A stretch of 62,728 bases of DNA, counting the filler, from Diploschistes diacapsis (Eukaryota): assembly GCA_023645945.1 (NCBI GenBank). It is 24 parts of 24 records of this genome, joined end to end, with 100 filler letters (N's around TTAATTAATTAA, not from the genome) between each part and the next. Parts side by side here need not be neighbours in the genome. Positions count along the whole stretch, not along the records: positions 1 to 1,650 come from JALAIB010002769.1; positions 1,751 to 24,388 come from JALAIB010000277.1; 22 more parts are not named here. One strand, written 5' to 3'. The notes under the pieces were generated by a model, which saw only the letters and a program-made list of their open reading frames with translations, was not told the DNA's origin and did no database searches. Position numbers and translations under genes: made by a program. How positions within the stretch are numbered: the first letter of the stretch is position 1; each line of letters begins with the position of its first letter. Below are positions 1-11,745 of the stretch, one piece after another.

Positions 1-813
1 ATTTTTAATAGTATGTTTTTTATTATTTCTGGTATATTTCTTAATATAAATTCGAAATCATTTTTTTATTTTAACGATTCGTTTGCTGATGTTTTGCTTT
101 TAGATTGCGAGTTTCGTTCTTGTTGTTCGATATGATCTGAATCTTTTTTATTAAGTGGGGTAGTTTTAGATCGTTTATTTCTTTTTTTTTTTTTTCTATT
201 TTAATTTGGTTACGTGAGTTTGTTTTGCGTGTACGTTGCGAAGAACGTGTTATCTTGTCGGATCGTCGTTCTTAAGAAAGGTAGAATAATTAGAATTATA
301 AAAAGTAAAATACGATAATGTAGTAAGATAATTATACGCAGGGTAGATTTATGTTAGGACTAATTATTAAAGAAGAGGAGAGAGTAAGAAGGGCAAAATC
401 TTCCTTCAAGTACCCGCAAGCTAAGACCTTGAGTGCCGCTTGTCCGACTCTTGGCATGCTCCTTGCTTGGTCTTACATAGATTCAGTTTTTCGACTTCGA
501 AGTACGACATATCCTAAAAAGACATCATATTATAATGAGTACGTTCTCACGACGATCGCCTGCAGAATCAGATTTAATAAATAAAGAAGATATAGACGAC
601 TTTATAAAGCAATCCTTCGGGATTCGTTATCGGATTTGCGCCCAAGATCATACGGATTATGTCGGACCTTCATCCTAAAACCATCCGGACGGATCAGAAC
701 AGGGGACCTTAGAGGCCAGTAATCCCACTTCGGAAAAAGTCTTATCCGTAACCTTAAATCCTAATTCACATTATACAGATAAACATTAGAGGATAATAAA
801 ATATCTAACTTCC

Positions 814-1650
814 TGTTTGGCAACGTAATGGATATATTGAAGTCTAGAGGTCTACTCTAGGAGGTTATCCTATTTTGCAGACTTTTATCCTCGTGGGATA
901 CGCTAAGCCCTATTACTTACATTATTCCTTAATCGGTCTAGTTAGAATTCTAAAAGGTTTAACTAAACTGAACCTCGGAATTCAGCCGAACTGAACCTCC
1001 CTCTAAAACTTATTCGAATTTCCAGCCATACCTTTTATCTATCTACTCAACATTCCCCTATAGACGGAATCGTCTTACATATCTATATAATCTAACTAAA
1101 TATCTTTTAAACTAAACCGAATCCTTTAATAAAAACGTCGTGCTTCGAGTAATTTAATGGCTTCGTAAATCTATTAACAACCATTTTATCGATAAAGACA
1201 TAAGACATCTTAATACGTCCTTACTTAACAAGATCTCGTACGTAATAATAAATAATATCGACGTGCTTTAAACGATCGTTAATCCTTACGTGTTTTATTA
1301 AATCTAAAAAATCAATATTATTACCGAATAAATTAATAATATATAAAAATAGTTTTATAAACTCAAAATAATCAATATCTTTTAAAAATTATAAACACCA
1401 TAAAACCTATTTAACGACGTAAAATAAATTAATATATTTAACTTCTATAATTAACGTTAAAATTAAACTCTATTTCTTATTTATTTAAGATCTTAATTCA
1501 CCGCATAGCTGGAAGATATATCCATACATAAACTTTCGATCTAACTTATCTCCCCTATAATCTATATCGGAATATCCCCGTAGTTTCGAAAGTTCAAATT
1601 TAGTACTAAACTAAATCTTAATATCTTTTATCTTTTAAATATAACGGAAT
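814..1650 (-). mobile_element. RIP-degraded Ty1/copia 3' end: RNase H C-terminus, PPT and 3' LTR (814-1052)
   Basis: Minus strand reads RLKHVDIIYYYVRDLVK*GRIKMSYVFIDKMVVNRFTKPL (copia RSKHID...ADxLTKPL motif), then GGGGAA and an LTR bounded by TGTT...AACA. A second copy lies at 55196-55796. Confidence 0.85.
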
Positions 1651-1750
1651 NNNNNNNNNNNNNNNNNNNNNNNNNNNNNNNNNNNNNNNNNNNNTTAATT
1701 AATTAANNNNNNNNNNNNNNNNNNNNNNNNNNNNNNNNNNNNNNNNNNNN
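1651..1750. other. Artificial contig-joining linker (N-run, TTAATTAATTAA, N-run; 100 bp), first of 23
   Basis: The same linker, with stops in all six frames, recurs at 24389, 26139, 27889, 29638, 31385, 33132, 34878, 36624, 38370, 40115, 41860, 43604, 45348, 47092, 48836, 50579, 52321, 54060, 55797, 57532, 59265 and 60997. Adjacency across linkers is not biological. Confidence 0.98.
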
Positions 1751-2526
1751 GGATCTACGTGGTCTCAACACCACATTTTTAGTATATACGCGTATATAGA
1801 GCTTCAAATTCAGTACATTTCTACTAAAAACCTTGCAAATTGTAAAGTAACTTAAATTTCTATGTAAATTGCTAATAAATCTATGTACCTCGGCAATCGC
1901 AATCGCGGCGGTTAAGCCAGATTACCACTAAAATTGTTTACTAGCGGCTCCACAAGGCAGAATAACACAAGCCCTTTTTCCAACTACTTCGTACAGGCCT
2001 TGACCACAGCAATAATTTCTCCAATCGAGCACACCCTTAGGCCCTCAGGCTGTGGGTACTGGAAAGGCTGATAGCTTGCGCGACTATGCGGCATTGACTC
2101 AGCTGGCTTAGGACATGCGTAAAAAAGGGAAAACCTCCGCGGGTGCTTTAACACCCCATTGTCCGCGTTGAAATGATTGGTTTGTGGCACATTGCTCTTT
2201 GTTCTGACTATAGTGACTGCAGCATCTGCAATGCAACCGCAATGGCGTCTTCACGCTGCATTTCGTAGGAATACATCCTCGGTACAGCGAAGATAAACCT
2301 AGTACGATAGAAGGACGACAGGCCTATCTTTCTAGCATCCTGACATATGATATTTACTGTCACGTGTTGCTATTACCATGACTTCCAGGCTCCATGGCTA
2401 AACTGAAATTTCACTATATCTACTGTCTCTTGGAATAAGCTAAGCTTTAGGATCAAAACACTGTGGACTTTGCGTATTTCCTTATAATATTAGAGAACCG
2501 CTAGCATATCCTGTTTCGATCTGAGA

Positions 2527-4118
2527 ATGGCTAATCAAGCAGACTCTCCGAAAAATAGTCACAGAGCGCTTCCCAATCCTAGTACAGACCCCGAGACTAT
2601 GTCAAGCAACGACCACAACAAGACACAAGTATTTGACCGAACAGTTGCCGATTTTGACGGCGAGGACGATCCAGAGAATCCTTTCAACTGGAACAAGAGA
2701 TACCGCTGGTCCCTTGTTATCTTGCTTTCTCTCATGACAACCCTTGTGTAAGCCTCCTTTATGCTTGTTACCAGCGAAATGGCTTCTGAAGAACCGAAGA
2801 ACACTGGCCACGGTGATATGTGCTCCGGCAGCACCACAGATACTGCAAGAGTTTGAGTCTACAAATTCTTACGACTCCATTCTGCTTGTCTCAATCTGGG
2901 AGCTCGGAGAGGTCTTCGGTCCGCTTCTCATGGCTCCTCTGTCGGAACTCTACGGCCGCTTGTGGACCTGGCATATTACTTGTGGACTTTTCGTTATCTG
3001 CTCAGCTGGGACTGCACTGAGCACCAGCTTGAACATGGTCATAGCGTTCCGCTTCCTGGATGGCGTTTTCACTCCAATGGTCTTGAGCGCAGCAATGACA
3101 AGCGATGTTTTCCGGCGCGAAGAGAGAGGCCGAGGTATGGCCGTCGCGAGCTTCGCTCCTCTCTTCGGCCCAACCTTCGGCCCTACTGTTGGAGGCTATC
3201 TAGCTTTAAAAGCTGGCTGGCGGTGGACGGCATGGGTTATCACCATTGCAGCCGCCGTGATTGAGGTCGTACTATTATTCTTCTTGCGGGAGACTGGGGC
3301 TTGCAAGATATTAAAAGACAAGGCCCGAAAACTTCGGAAACAGACTGGCCGGGATGATATCAGATCAGTATATGAACTTGATATCAAGCCCAGAAATCTC
3401 TTTATGCGGTCTATGTTTCGACCTTTACGATATTTGCTTTTCTCGCCCATTGTCGCGCTGATGTCGCTATATACAGGCGTAATCTATGGATATATGTATT
3501 TAGTTCTCACAACGATGACCAATGTTCTTGAACAGACCTATGGCTTCTCGGCGGGCAGTGCAGGTCTATCTTTCATTGCCATGGGTCAGTCACTCCGATA
3601 TTCATATACAAACGCTGACAGCTTGTTTAGGGCTCGGGTTAACATGTGGAGCCTTGGTCTGTTTCTTCTTACTGGATCGGGTAGTGAAAAGTCAAGCCTC
3701 GAAAAGTGAGCCGCTGCCACCAGAGAGTCGACTTCCATTCCTGTTTATAGGTAGTTTTGTCACGCCTGCAGGACTCTTCCTTTACGGCTGGGCCACACAC
3801 AACGCGATTCACTGGATTGCACCGCTCGTTGGAACCTTCCTAATTGGACTCGGACAACTGGTTACGAATACACCGATCCGCACTTACTTAGCTGATGTGT
3901 TCTTGGAATACGCGGCCTCTGCTATTGCGGCAAACATCTTTTTTCGGACTATTACAGGTGCTCTATTACCACTTGTTGCACCTCCACTATACGACAATCT
4001 TGGGCTTGGGTGGGGCAATTCTCTTTTAGGATTCATCGCCTTAGCACTAATACCTCTGCCGCTTGTGTTCATGAAGTACGGAGCGCGTCTACGAGCGAGG
4101 TTTCCTATGAAAGACTAG
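2527..4118 (+). CDS. MFS transporter, DHA1 (drug:H+ antiporter) family, spliced
   Basis: DFDGEDDPENPFNW motif, motif A APLSELYGR, DVFRREERGRG, GPTVGGYL and PPESRLP, with many hydrophobic segments over three ORF pieces separated by GT-AG introns. Confidence 0.92.
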
Positions 4119-4197
4119 GTCATAGCATCTCGGAGAGCGTGCACAAACTCTAAGTGCGCACCGTTTGTTTCAGAAGCCTACTTATCGGATCCCTGAA

Positions 4198-6168
4198 CTA
4201 GTTTCTATAAGAGGTAAGAGCGCCGACTTCTCGCACCGGTCCTCGATAGGACTTGTGCGCCCAAATGATATAATAGGCGATGCTCCAGATAAGTGCAGCG
4301 CCGAACAGTAGTGAGCCATAGTTCATGGTCGCAGCCTCCACTGCGGCCATCGAAGGCCAGAAGCCGAAGAAGAACAAAATAGAAAGATACATTAGAGCGC
4401 AGATGTTGATCACAATACCAAGGCCACCTTTTATATGCCATGGGCCCCATGTGAATGGTTTTTGTGACAAGGCACGCTCCTCTCCAATCTCGCCGCGTAC
4501 GCGACGGTACAAGAGAAGACTGCAGGAAAGGATGTAAGTACCACTTAGACTTCCGAGACCAAGGCTGATAATGTCGTTGAACACAGCACTGCTACCGATG
4601 TTGATCAAGGCGAAGAGAGCGGCTAGAGTGACCCCAACAATTAAACATCTCAGCGGAATCGTTGACCGAGCATCGATCTATTCAGATAATCTATATCTGT
4701 TTGTGTCAATAGAACTCGAAGACTTACCTTGATGAGTTGTTGCCAGCCCGGCAGCCCACGATCGCGCGCGAATGCCCATAGCATCCTCGAGGCCGTAGCA
4801 GTCGTGGTCAGGCAAGCGCAGAATTGCAGAACGATTATCAAGGATATCAGAATCGCAGCGCCGGTATTAGAACCCATGACTCGTGCTAAGATCGGAATAT
4901 AGGGGAAAATTGCCTCAGCCTCGTCTTCGCTGATTGTGCCTGCACTGAACAAGAAAGCAATAATCAAGGCAAGGGCCATCATGCCATTGAAGAAAGTGGA
5001 AAAAACCATGGATCTGGGAACATTGATACTGGCTCGGCGGATCTCTTCCGACATCTAACAGTATAAGCGTTCGAGCGTGGCTACAGATAAGACTCGACTC
5101 ACATGTACAGCAGCATCTGCACCTGAAGAGCGTTAGATGCATGACCAGAGGCTCGAATTTCGAACACTTACCGATGAACGCTGCTGCAACTCCAGCCAGG
5201 CCTACGAAGAATGACAGGCCCTGCGACGGCCAGCCCCCACCGTTGTTGAAAATAGTGAAGACATCTGCGGCTGTGGCTTTCGGTGCCAGATAAAGAATGG
5301 AGATGAATATCGCGAAGAAGCCGAGTATATGGATAATCAAGATACCAATTTCGATTGCTGGTAACGCTTTGCTGAGAACAGAATTGAAGAAGAGTACGAG
5401 CGCCAAATAAGCCCACATGAACAATGTCTCTTGCCATCCAGTCGGACTGTAATCCGGGACCATTTGTGCAATGAGAGCTTGGGTCATGCTTCCAGTGAAG
5501 AACGACGTGGCCGCTATGCTTCCCAACCATCCTAGGACGCTCAACCAGCCTAAACAGTCAGGTACGCTGCTTCGAAATAGAGAAACAAGACCCGTCTCAC
5601 CAGAAACATAGCTCAGGAATATCTTGCAATTGTCAGGGGCTAGAACGGATACCCAATGGTACTGGCCTCCCGAGGTAGGCATCATTGAAGCCATCTCTCC
5701 AAGGGAGATATAGACGCATGTCATACCAACCCAAGCAAATATGTATCCATAAATAATGCCAGCTGGGCCGCCACTTTTCGGTCGTCAGCTTCAACATCGA
5801 GAATATACGCTTTGGGTCTACTACTTGGTAAGCCCCAGCGTAAAGGATCTACAACAATATTTTAGCCCAATATTCAGCAGCTATAGATGATAGGATTCCG
5901 ATTACAGCAAGACGCTCTCCCACAGTGACACGACAACGGAAGAGAAACCGATCATACTAGTCAAGTCGAAATTGCGCTGCTCGAAGTGAGTTTTTGAACT
6001 TGGAAGGGTAGGCTCGAGATATAATACTTTAAGAACCTGTTTCTTTCCTGTTCTTGCAAGTTCAGAGCGATCGAGCTCAAGATCCGAAGTTGCTATATGT
6101 TCTGTGGAGTAGCCAGCACGGCGCACCGCGACGCTTCCGTCTTTGAGCGAGTGTAGTTCGTTGTCCAT
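4198..6168 (-). CDS. Amino acid-polyamine-organocation permease (GABA/choline permease-like), multi-intron
   Basis: LARTGKKQVL, SLGEMASMMPTSGGQYHWV, MSEEIRRASINVPRSM, ASRMLWAFARDRGLP, and a C-terminal YRGPV. Confidence 0.92.
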
Positions 6169-6656
6169 CTCGGCTAGGTTGCCTGTCTTGAGCAGCATGA
6201 AAGCGCAGAACGATTCGCAAAGCAGCGACACAGCGCTTATATGTTAAGAATCAATATTCTATCGAGAAGAAATAAAGTTGGAAGCATAATAAGACGCTCG
6301 TACTTGGAAGTGAGAGATTCAGATGAGCGGTCCGACACCACACTTGCCGCGGTCTTCAGGGTTACAAGGCTGCACGATCTGTGTGACCCTGACAAGCAAA
6401 ACCTTCTTCGTTTAGAAGTGCCATGCTGTACAAAGCGACCCTGTAAGATTATAGTCACCCACTAGCCTAAGCTTATTGGTGGAGTTCGAGATCGACGCAT
6501 CCTATCCTGAACAATAGGGAGCAAGGAAGGCAAGACAGCTCTTGCCTCTTAACATGGCTTATTTACAATAGGTAAGCAAGCAGGTCCTATCCAATCTTTT
6601 TCTCGCGTTTCTCGAGTCTTGCTTCTCGTCCCTTGCCTTCCTTTGTATTTTCACCT

Positions 6657-8008
6657 ATGTCTACGCCCGAAGCTCCCCTTTCTGGGGTATGGCCTGGGAC
6701 GGGCATTGGTGCCTGGGTTCTACTAATCGTCTCCGCCATGGCTGTTTTAACGAGGCTTCTCACGAAATGGTCCATCGAGCGCACCTTGCATCCAGATGAT
6801 ATGCTAGTCTTAGGTGCGTTTGTATGTACAAAGCCTTCAAAATACAGCAGCCCGTGCTGGTGCTGACAGGTAAGTAGTTGGCGAGCACCGGGTCCGTCGC
6901 TGCCGTGCACGTTCAGTCTCTGAATGGCCTGGCGATATCACAGTCCGACTCAGGCGCCTCGGAAATTTCGAACTGGATGAAGGTTTGTCAACGTCTATGA
7001 ATAATCCGTATAGCGGGTTTTCTGATGCGTCTGGAAGGCCTTCTACGCTATGGAGCTGTTATATCTTGCAACTCTGTGCTTGGCCAAGCTCTCGATAATT
7101 GCTCTGCTGCGCAAGATCTCGCCCGATCAGCTACATAGAAGACTTGGATTATGTCTGGGCGGACTGATCGTGCTCGGAAGCATCGTCTTCGGATTAACAG
7201 CCGCGTTCCAGTGTCAAGTTCCTGAAGTTTGGAATATCCAAGGAGGATCTTGTCTCGAAGAGGTGAATAATCACGCTCCTGTCTCAATTCTCTTATTCTG
7301 AATCAATGAACAGGCAACCTTCTGGCGGCTGACGGCTGTTTTCGAGATTCTTCTCGATATCGGCCTGGTTGCTCTTCCACTGGTTATTGTGATCCCACTA
7401 AATATGAAGACAAACAAGAAGTTTCTAGCGCTCTCGTCCTTCTCAGCCCGTGTGATGTAAGTCGAAGATCCACCATCTACCTACTCGAAGCTCACAAAGA
7501 CAGCGATATTGCGGCGGCGGCGATTCAACTATCTTTTACCCAAGGATTCGTATCCTCCGATCCGATCCTCGAGCTCTGGGAATGGGTTCTTTTGGCGCAA
7601 ATCACGCAGTGTGTCAGTATCGTGACCTCCTGCGTGCCATTCCTTCGTCCATTCCTGGAGAGCATGTCTATTGGCTTCATGCTAACGGCGGACATGGAAC
7701 GGCGTGCGGATAATGCGAGCTATGGGCGGAGCTACAACCATACCGGCAGCAAGAATTCCTCCAAGGCACCTACGAGAAACGGAACAGTACCCTCAGTGGA
7801 AAGAGGGACGCGAACAGAGCCCAACGACACGGCAATCTTTGCACCTCAGATCGACCCTCGGATGCACAGAACCAATCGAGATTGGTACGAGCTGAGACAC
7901 GGTCAGGGAAGGCGGAGCGAAGGAGAAAGCGAGGGTGGCAGAGGTGGGGCTTCAACTAGCCAGGACAGTCAATTAAGGATCCTGGAGGAAGTGGAGCTAG
8001 CTCATTAG
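6657..8008 (+). CDS. PTH11-like fungal rhodopsin-domain membrane protein (no CFEM domain seen), spliced
   Basis: RTLHPDDMLV, ELLYLATLCLAKLSII, AFQC, EILLDIGLVALP, QCVSIVTSCVPFLRPFL, and a hydrophilic C-terminal tail. Confidence 0.85.
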
Positions 8009-8089
8009 CTCAGACTACGTGATATTTGGATTATTTATTTATGCCATCCTTTTATATTCATTTAGTCATGGTTTTTCGAATCGTAATAA

Positions 8090-8490
8090 TTTTTACCTGC
8101 AGATACTTCGCCACGTATTTGCAGCCCCTCGTAGTGTGGCATCCTTTCCTGCGCTGACGATCTGTCAAAGAAACCCACCAGCAGTTGAAATTTCTATTCT
8201 TAACGCTAAAAACTAAAGTCCAAAAAAATTGAACGTTTAAATAAGCTTTTGGCTCGTTTGATTATTGAATTGAACGGATAACATTCAGACCACTTAACCT
8301 ATTTTTTAAACCAGGATTTCGAAACCTGAGTAAAATAAGAACAATAAATATTAACAAATAGTCGCAGTTGTTGTTGTTATTAAAATGGAGATAAATACTG
8401 TTATAAATTATGTTTAGACACTGTTTAGCGCGGTATAATATCATTATTAACACGATCGATCTAGACACAAAGGGGTAAATTTATACTCGG
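8090..8490. mobile_element. Short AT-rich, probably RIP-degraded repeat relic
   Basis: Abrupt AT-rich patch. Motifs TTTTACCTGCAGAT and GCATCCTTTCCTGCGCTG also occur, in the same order, in the repeat contig at about 27309-27391. Confidence 0.5.
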
Positions 8491-9584
8491 ATATCCACGG
8501 GCTAGATGGAAAGGCAGCCATCGTTCTCTCCCCCGTCGTAAAGCAGCTTTTACTGGCTACTAACATACTTGCGCCATCTGCACCCAGATGGGTTTTGCCC
8601 GTTAACACCAGGGAGCGGGATTAGCCGCATTATGTTTCCAGTCAGACCGTTCAGCCTTTCCTTTCTTTCCACTCATGAGTTGTCAGAAGAAGGCATCTCA
8701 AGGCAAGCCCTAGCCTCTCCACAACACCTCAGACGACGGCCTGCAGCGGGCCCGTCGGGTATCGATTGTCCAATAAACTCCCTTGACCCTTTTCGCAAGA
8801 AGATGGTGTGAGGCAATTCATCTTCCTTCCTCCAGTCTTACTTGTCAGCTTACGGGCGCGGTGGGGTCAATTTCAGCCGTGAACTGAAGGACTTGCCTGC
8901 CGATACCACCCCACGATGGCCCAGGCATACGCACTGCCTGCCTCCTTGCCTCCTTGACCCATTGCAGGGGCATCAGAGAATACGGGACGGCACGGCACGC
9001 AGTGCATGTCACATCACCTTCCCGCCGCTGTGGCTAACGAGCCGCAATTACCGACTACCGCCTGCATATCTAGGACTTCACATGGGGACGATCTTGATTC
9101 TGTCCGGGATTTCTTCGCTCGACAGGGCCTTCATTTCGTCTGCATGTCAGGCAAATTTTGGTGGAGACGCTCTTTCCCATATCAGAAGGTGCAAATTGCC
9201 TATACCTCCTGGGCTGCTGACGCCAGAGGCTAATGCAAGTCATAGACGGAGGGCTCTCAACCTCTCACCGCCGCAGAGGGTGAAGGGGCGGCGATCCGGG
9301 TGCCAAAGATCTTCAATCGCTAATATCTTGCATGCTGAGAACAAGGTCATACAGTTCTACAGCATTGCGAGAGAGCGAAGAAAGAGGTTACTTCGATCAA
9401 CTGAAGGGGGAAGAACATGGTTGAGGATATCTATAAAAGCCATCCTCATCATTCGGGCATGGTTTGAGATCCCCGAAGTGATCATCTCGCTCGCTCGATT
9501 TTTCTTTGCTTGCTCTGCTCGTCAGCTACCTTCCGGCTGCCTCAGAAAATCACATTCTCGTAATCCCCCAAAGGCACACCCACA

Positions 9585-10036
9585 ATGACACCCTTCGCCT
9601 TCAAAGCTCTCGCCCTTGCGGCGACGCTCCTCTGTGTCGTGGTCGCGGTGCCGATAACACCACGTAAGACACCGACATTCTCTTTTTTTTTTTAAGGGGG
9701 GGGGGGGGGCCAAAATGAAGCGATGTCTCGCGATGGCGAAGGAGCTAATTCGAACCTTTGAAAGCACTTGCACAAGATCTCGCCAGGAAATCCGCGGGTA
9801 GTTACACGCCCAATGCCCTGTACCAGTACGACCCAACCAAAGCCAAAGTCACGGACGAGGTAGAGGTGAGAGAGGTGGACAGCACTTGGGAGCCACAGGG
9901 CATGTATCGGTACGAGGACGGGAAGGCGGTGAAAGTGGTGGATAAAGTTGAGGCTAGGCAAGCAAGTACCACCTGGACACCACCGGGCATGTTAAGATAC
10001 CAGGAGGGGAAGGAAGAGGCTCAAGATCAAGCCTAA
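9585..10036 (+). CDS. Secreted repeat-peptide precursor (candidate dikaritin/fungal RiPP precursor), 116 aa, join(9585..9663,9765..10036)
   Basis: Exon 1 encodes signal peptide MTPFAFKALALAATLLCVVVAVP. The intron GTAAGA...GCTAAT...AAG splices in phase with ORF 9758-10036. Three 28-29 aa repeats have cores YTPNALYQY, WEPQGMYRY and WTPPGMLRY. The gene lies about 370 bp upstream of a DUF3328 gene. Confidence 0.85.
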
Positions 10037-10403
10037 AGTAGATACGGGCTGGCAGAAGGCAAACACGATAAGATAGATAGATAGCTGGCTGGGGGAAGCT
10101 GCAACAGGCGCTCTTTAGGTAGTCTGTTGGGATGTACAGATAGCAGTTCATGTCATCTTTTCAGATTCTTTGACTCCAGTACTGGGCAAGAAAATTTTCG
10201 TAAGCAGAAGCCAGCTAGCTTTTGCTCATGTAGGAGACCCAGGTGCCCGCAGCAGCAATCCACCGGGGTCTTTTCGAAGTACCACCACAGCCCGCCCTCC
10301 AGCTCGAAGATCTGCCCCCCCTCCAGCGCCATGGGCCTGATAAAATCTCCTCACACCGCCGGGCTCTAAAGTCTCTTCTTCTCCCACCGTGCCACCACGA
10401 AAA

Positions 10404-11619
10404 ATGGGCCATCGCTATACTTCTCTTTCGCCAGACTCCGAAGGCCCCATCGTCAAAGGCCCCCCCCCTCTTTTTAAATCTGGCAATATCCCTTTCCGCC
10501 TGATCTTCGAATTAGTCGTTGTCTTGCTCTGTCTCTTTCTGCTCCTCCGATCCCAATGGGAGCCCTCATGCGTTGAGAAATGGTCAATCTACTGTATGCC
10601 GCTTTTTTCCGTTTCCCCTGTAACATCTTCCACCGCGAGAAAAGAGGATACGAGAGCTGACCGCCCCTGTAATGTTGTGTTTTTGCAGCGCCGATCCTCC
10701 CCGTCGTGACCAAGCCGCCCCAGACGATCAAGTTCAATGGTTCATTCGCGCCGAGCGCGTATATGGGCCCGCCGAGCACGGAAGTAGATAGGGCATGGGC
10801 GGAGCTTACGGAGCGTAAGTCCCTGTTCTTTTCCTATCTTGCTCTGTCTGTCTTTCTCTGTCCTCGACACAAGTACTCGAAAGGCGGAAACGCCACGGCG
10901 GAAGAGAGAATGTACCCTGAAAGCTTGCCTGCTTTCGTCGTGAGGTGCAAAAGACTGATACTGTTTGTTGAGATCGCAGGCGGCGCCTTCCGTATTTCAG
11001 CGGAGGATATGGTGCGTATCGGCGAGCCGCTCACTGCCGCGCAGTGGCCGGCCAAGTACGGCGGCGGGTATGTGGGGTATGTCGAGGTGTTGCATCAGTT
11101 GCATTGCTTGGTATAAAACTATCCCATTGCTTCTTTGGAGGGCTTCTGAGTGCTGGAGCTCGAGTAGGGGTGATAGTCGAAGTGATATTTGCTGATTCCG
11201 GGCATGATCCTAGAGGTTCCTCTGGCAGCATCTGTATCCGGAGTATTATATGAACAGGACGAGCTCGTGGGGCGATTCGGACGAGTGGCGGCTGGAGCAT
11301 GCTAGTAAGTGCATCATTAGGCTTCTGATGTGGAAGGGTTTCGAGCTTGTGCGAGAATCTCTCGATGCTGATAACGCCGAATATAGATCACTGCGCGGAT
11401 CTGCTGCGCCAGAAGATCATGTGTGACGCCGACGTCGGTCTGATCCCGCAGCTCTGGATCCGCGACCGATCCATTCCGTGGCCTGTTTTCTCCACGGTGC
11501 ACCAGTGTCGAGATTTCGACGCCGTACTGGACTGGGTGGACGAGCATCAGGTGAGGGTTCCGGAGGGTTTCGACCTTGTAAAGCCTAAAGACGCGTACGA
11601 GCTGCCGAGTCCTCCATAA
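10404..11619 (+). CDS. DUF3328/UstYa-family oxidase, join(10404..10593,10689..10814,10980..11110,11214..11304,11387..11619)
   Basis: N-terminal TM helix, YSP, GPPSTEVDRAW, two HxxHC motifs (VLHQLHCL; EHANHCADLLRQKIMCDAD) and HQCRDFDAVLDW. All four introns are GT-AG and in phase. Confidence 0.95.
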
Positions 11620-11745
11620 GAGACTTGATACGTCGCTCAGAGTATTACATAGATCTTTAAGCCGTTCATTGGAGAAGAGCTGCACAACTTGCAATGATAT
11701 ATCAAAGCACTATAGCCATTCCTGGCTGGCAGCTGCTTGTTGGCT

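Noticed and set aside
1751..2200. Possible transposase or gene relic at the contig start (ORF 1984-2190)
   Set aside because: No recognisable motif; a family could not be supported.
9758..10036. ORF-track 92-aa protein starting at TTG 9758
   Set aside because: That start lies inside an intron; the better model begins at ATG 9585 and supplies a signal peptide.
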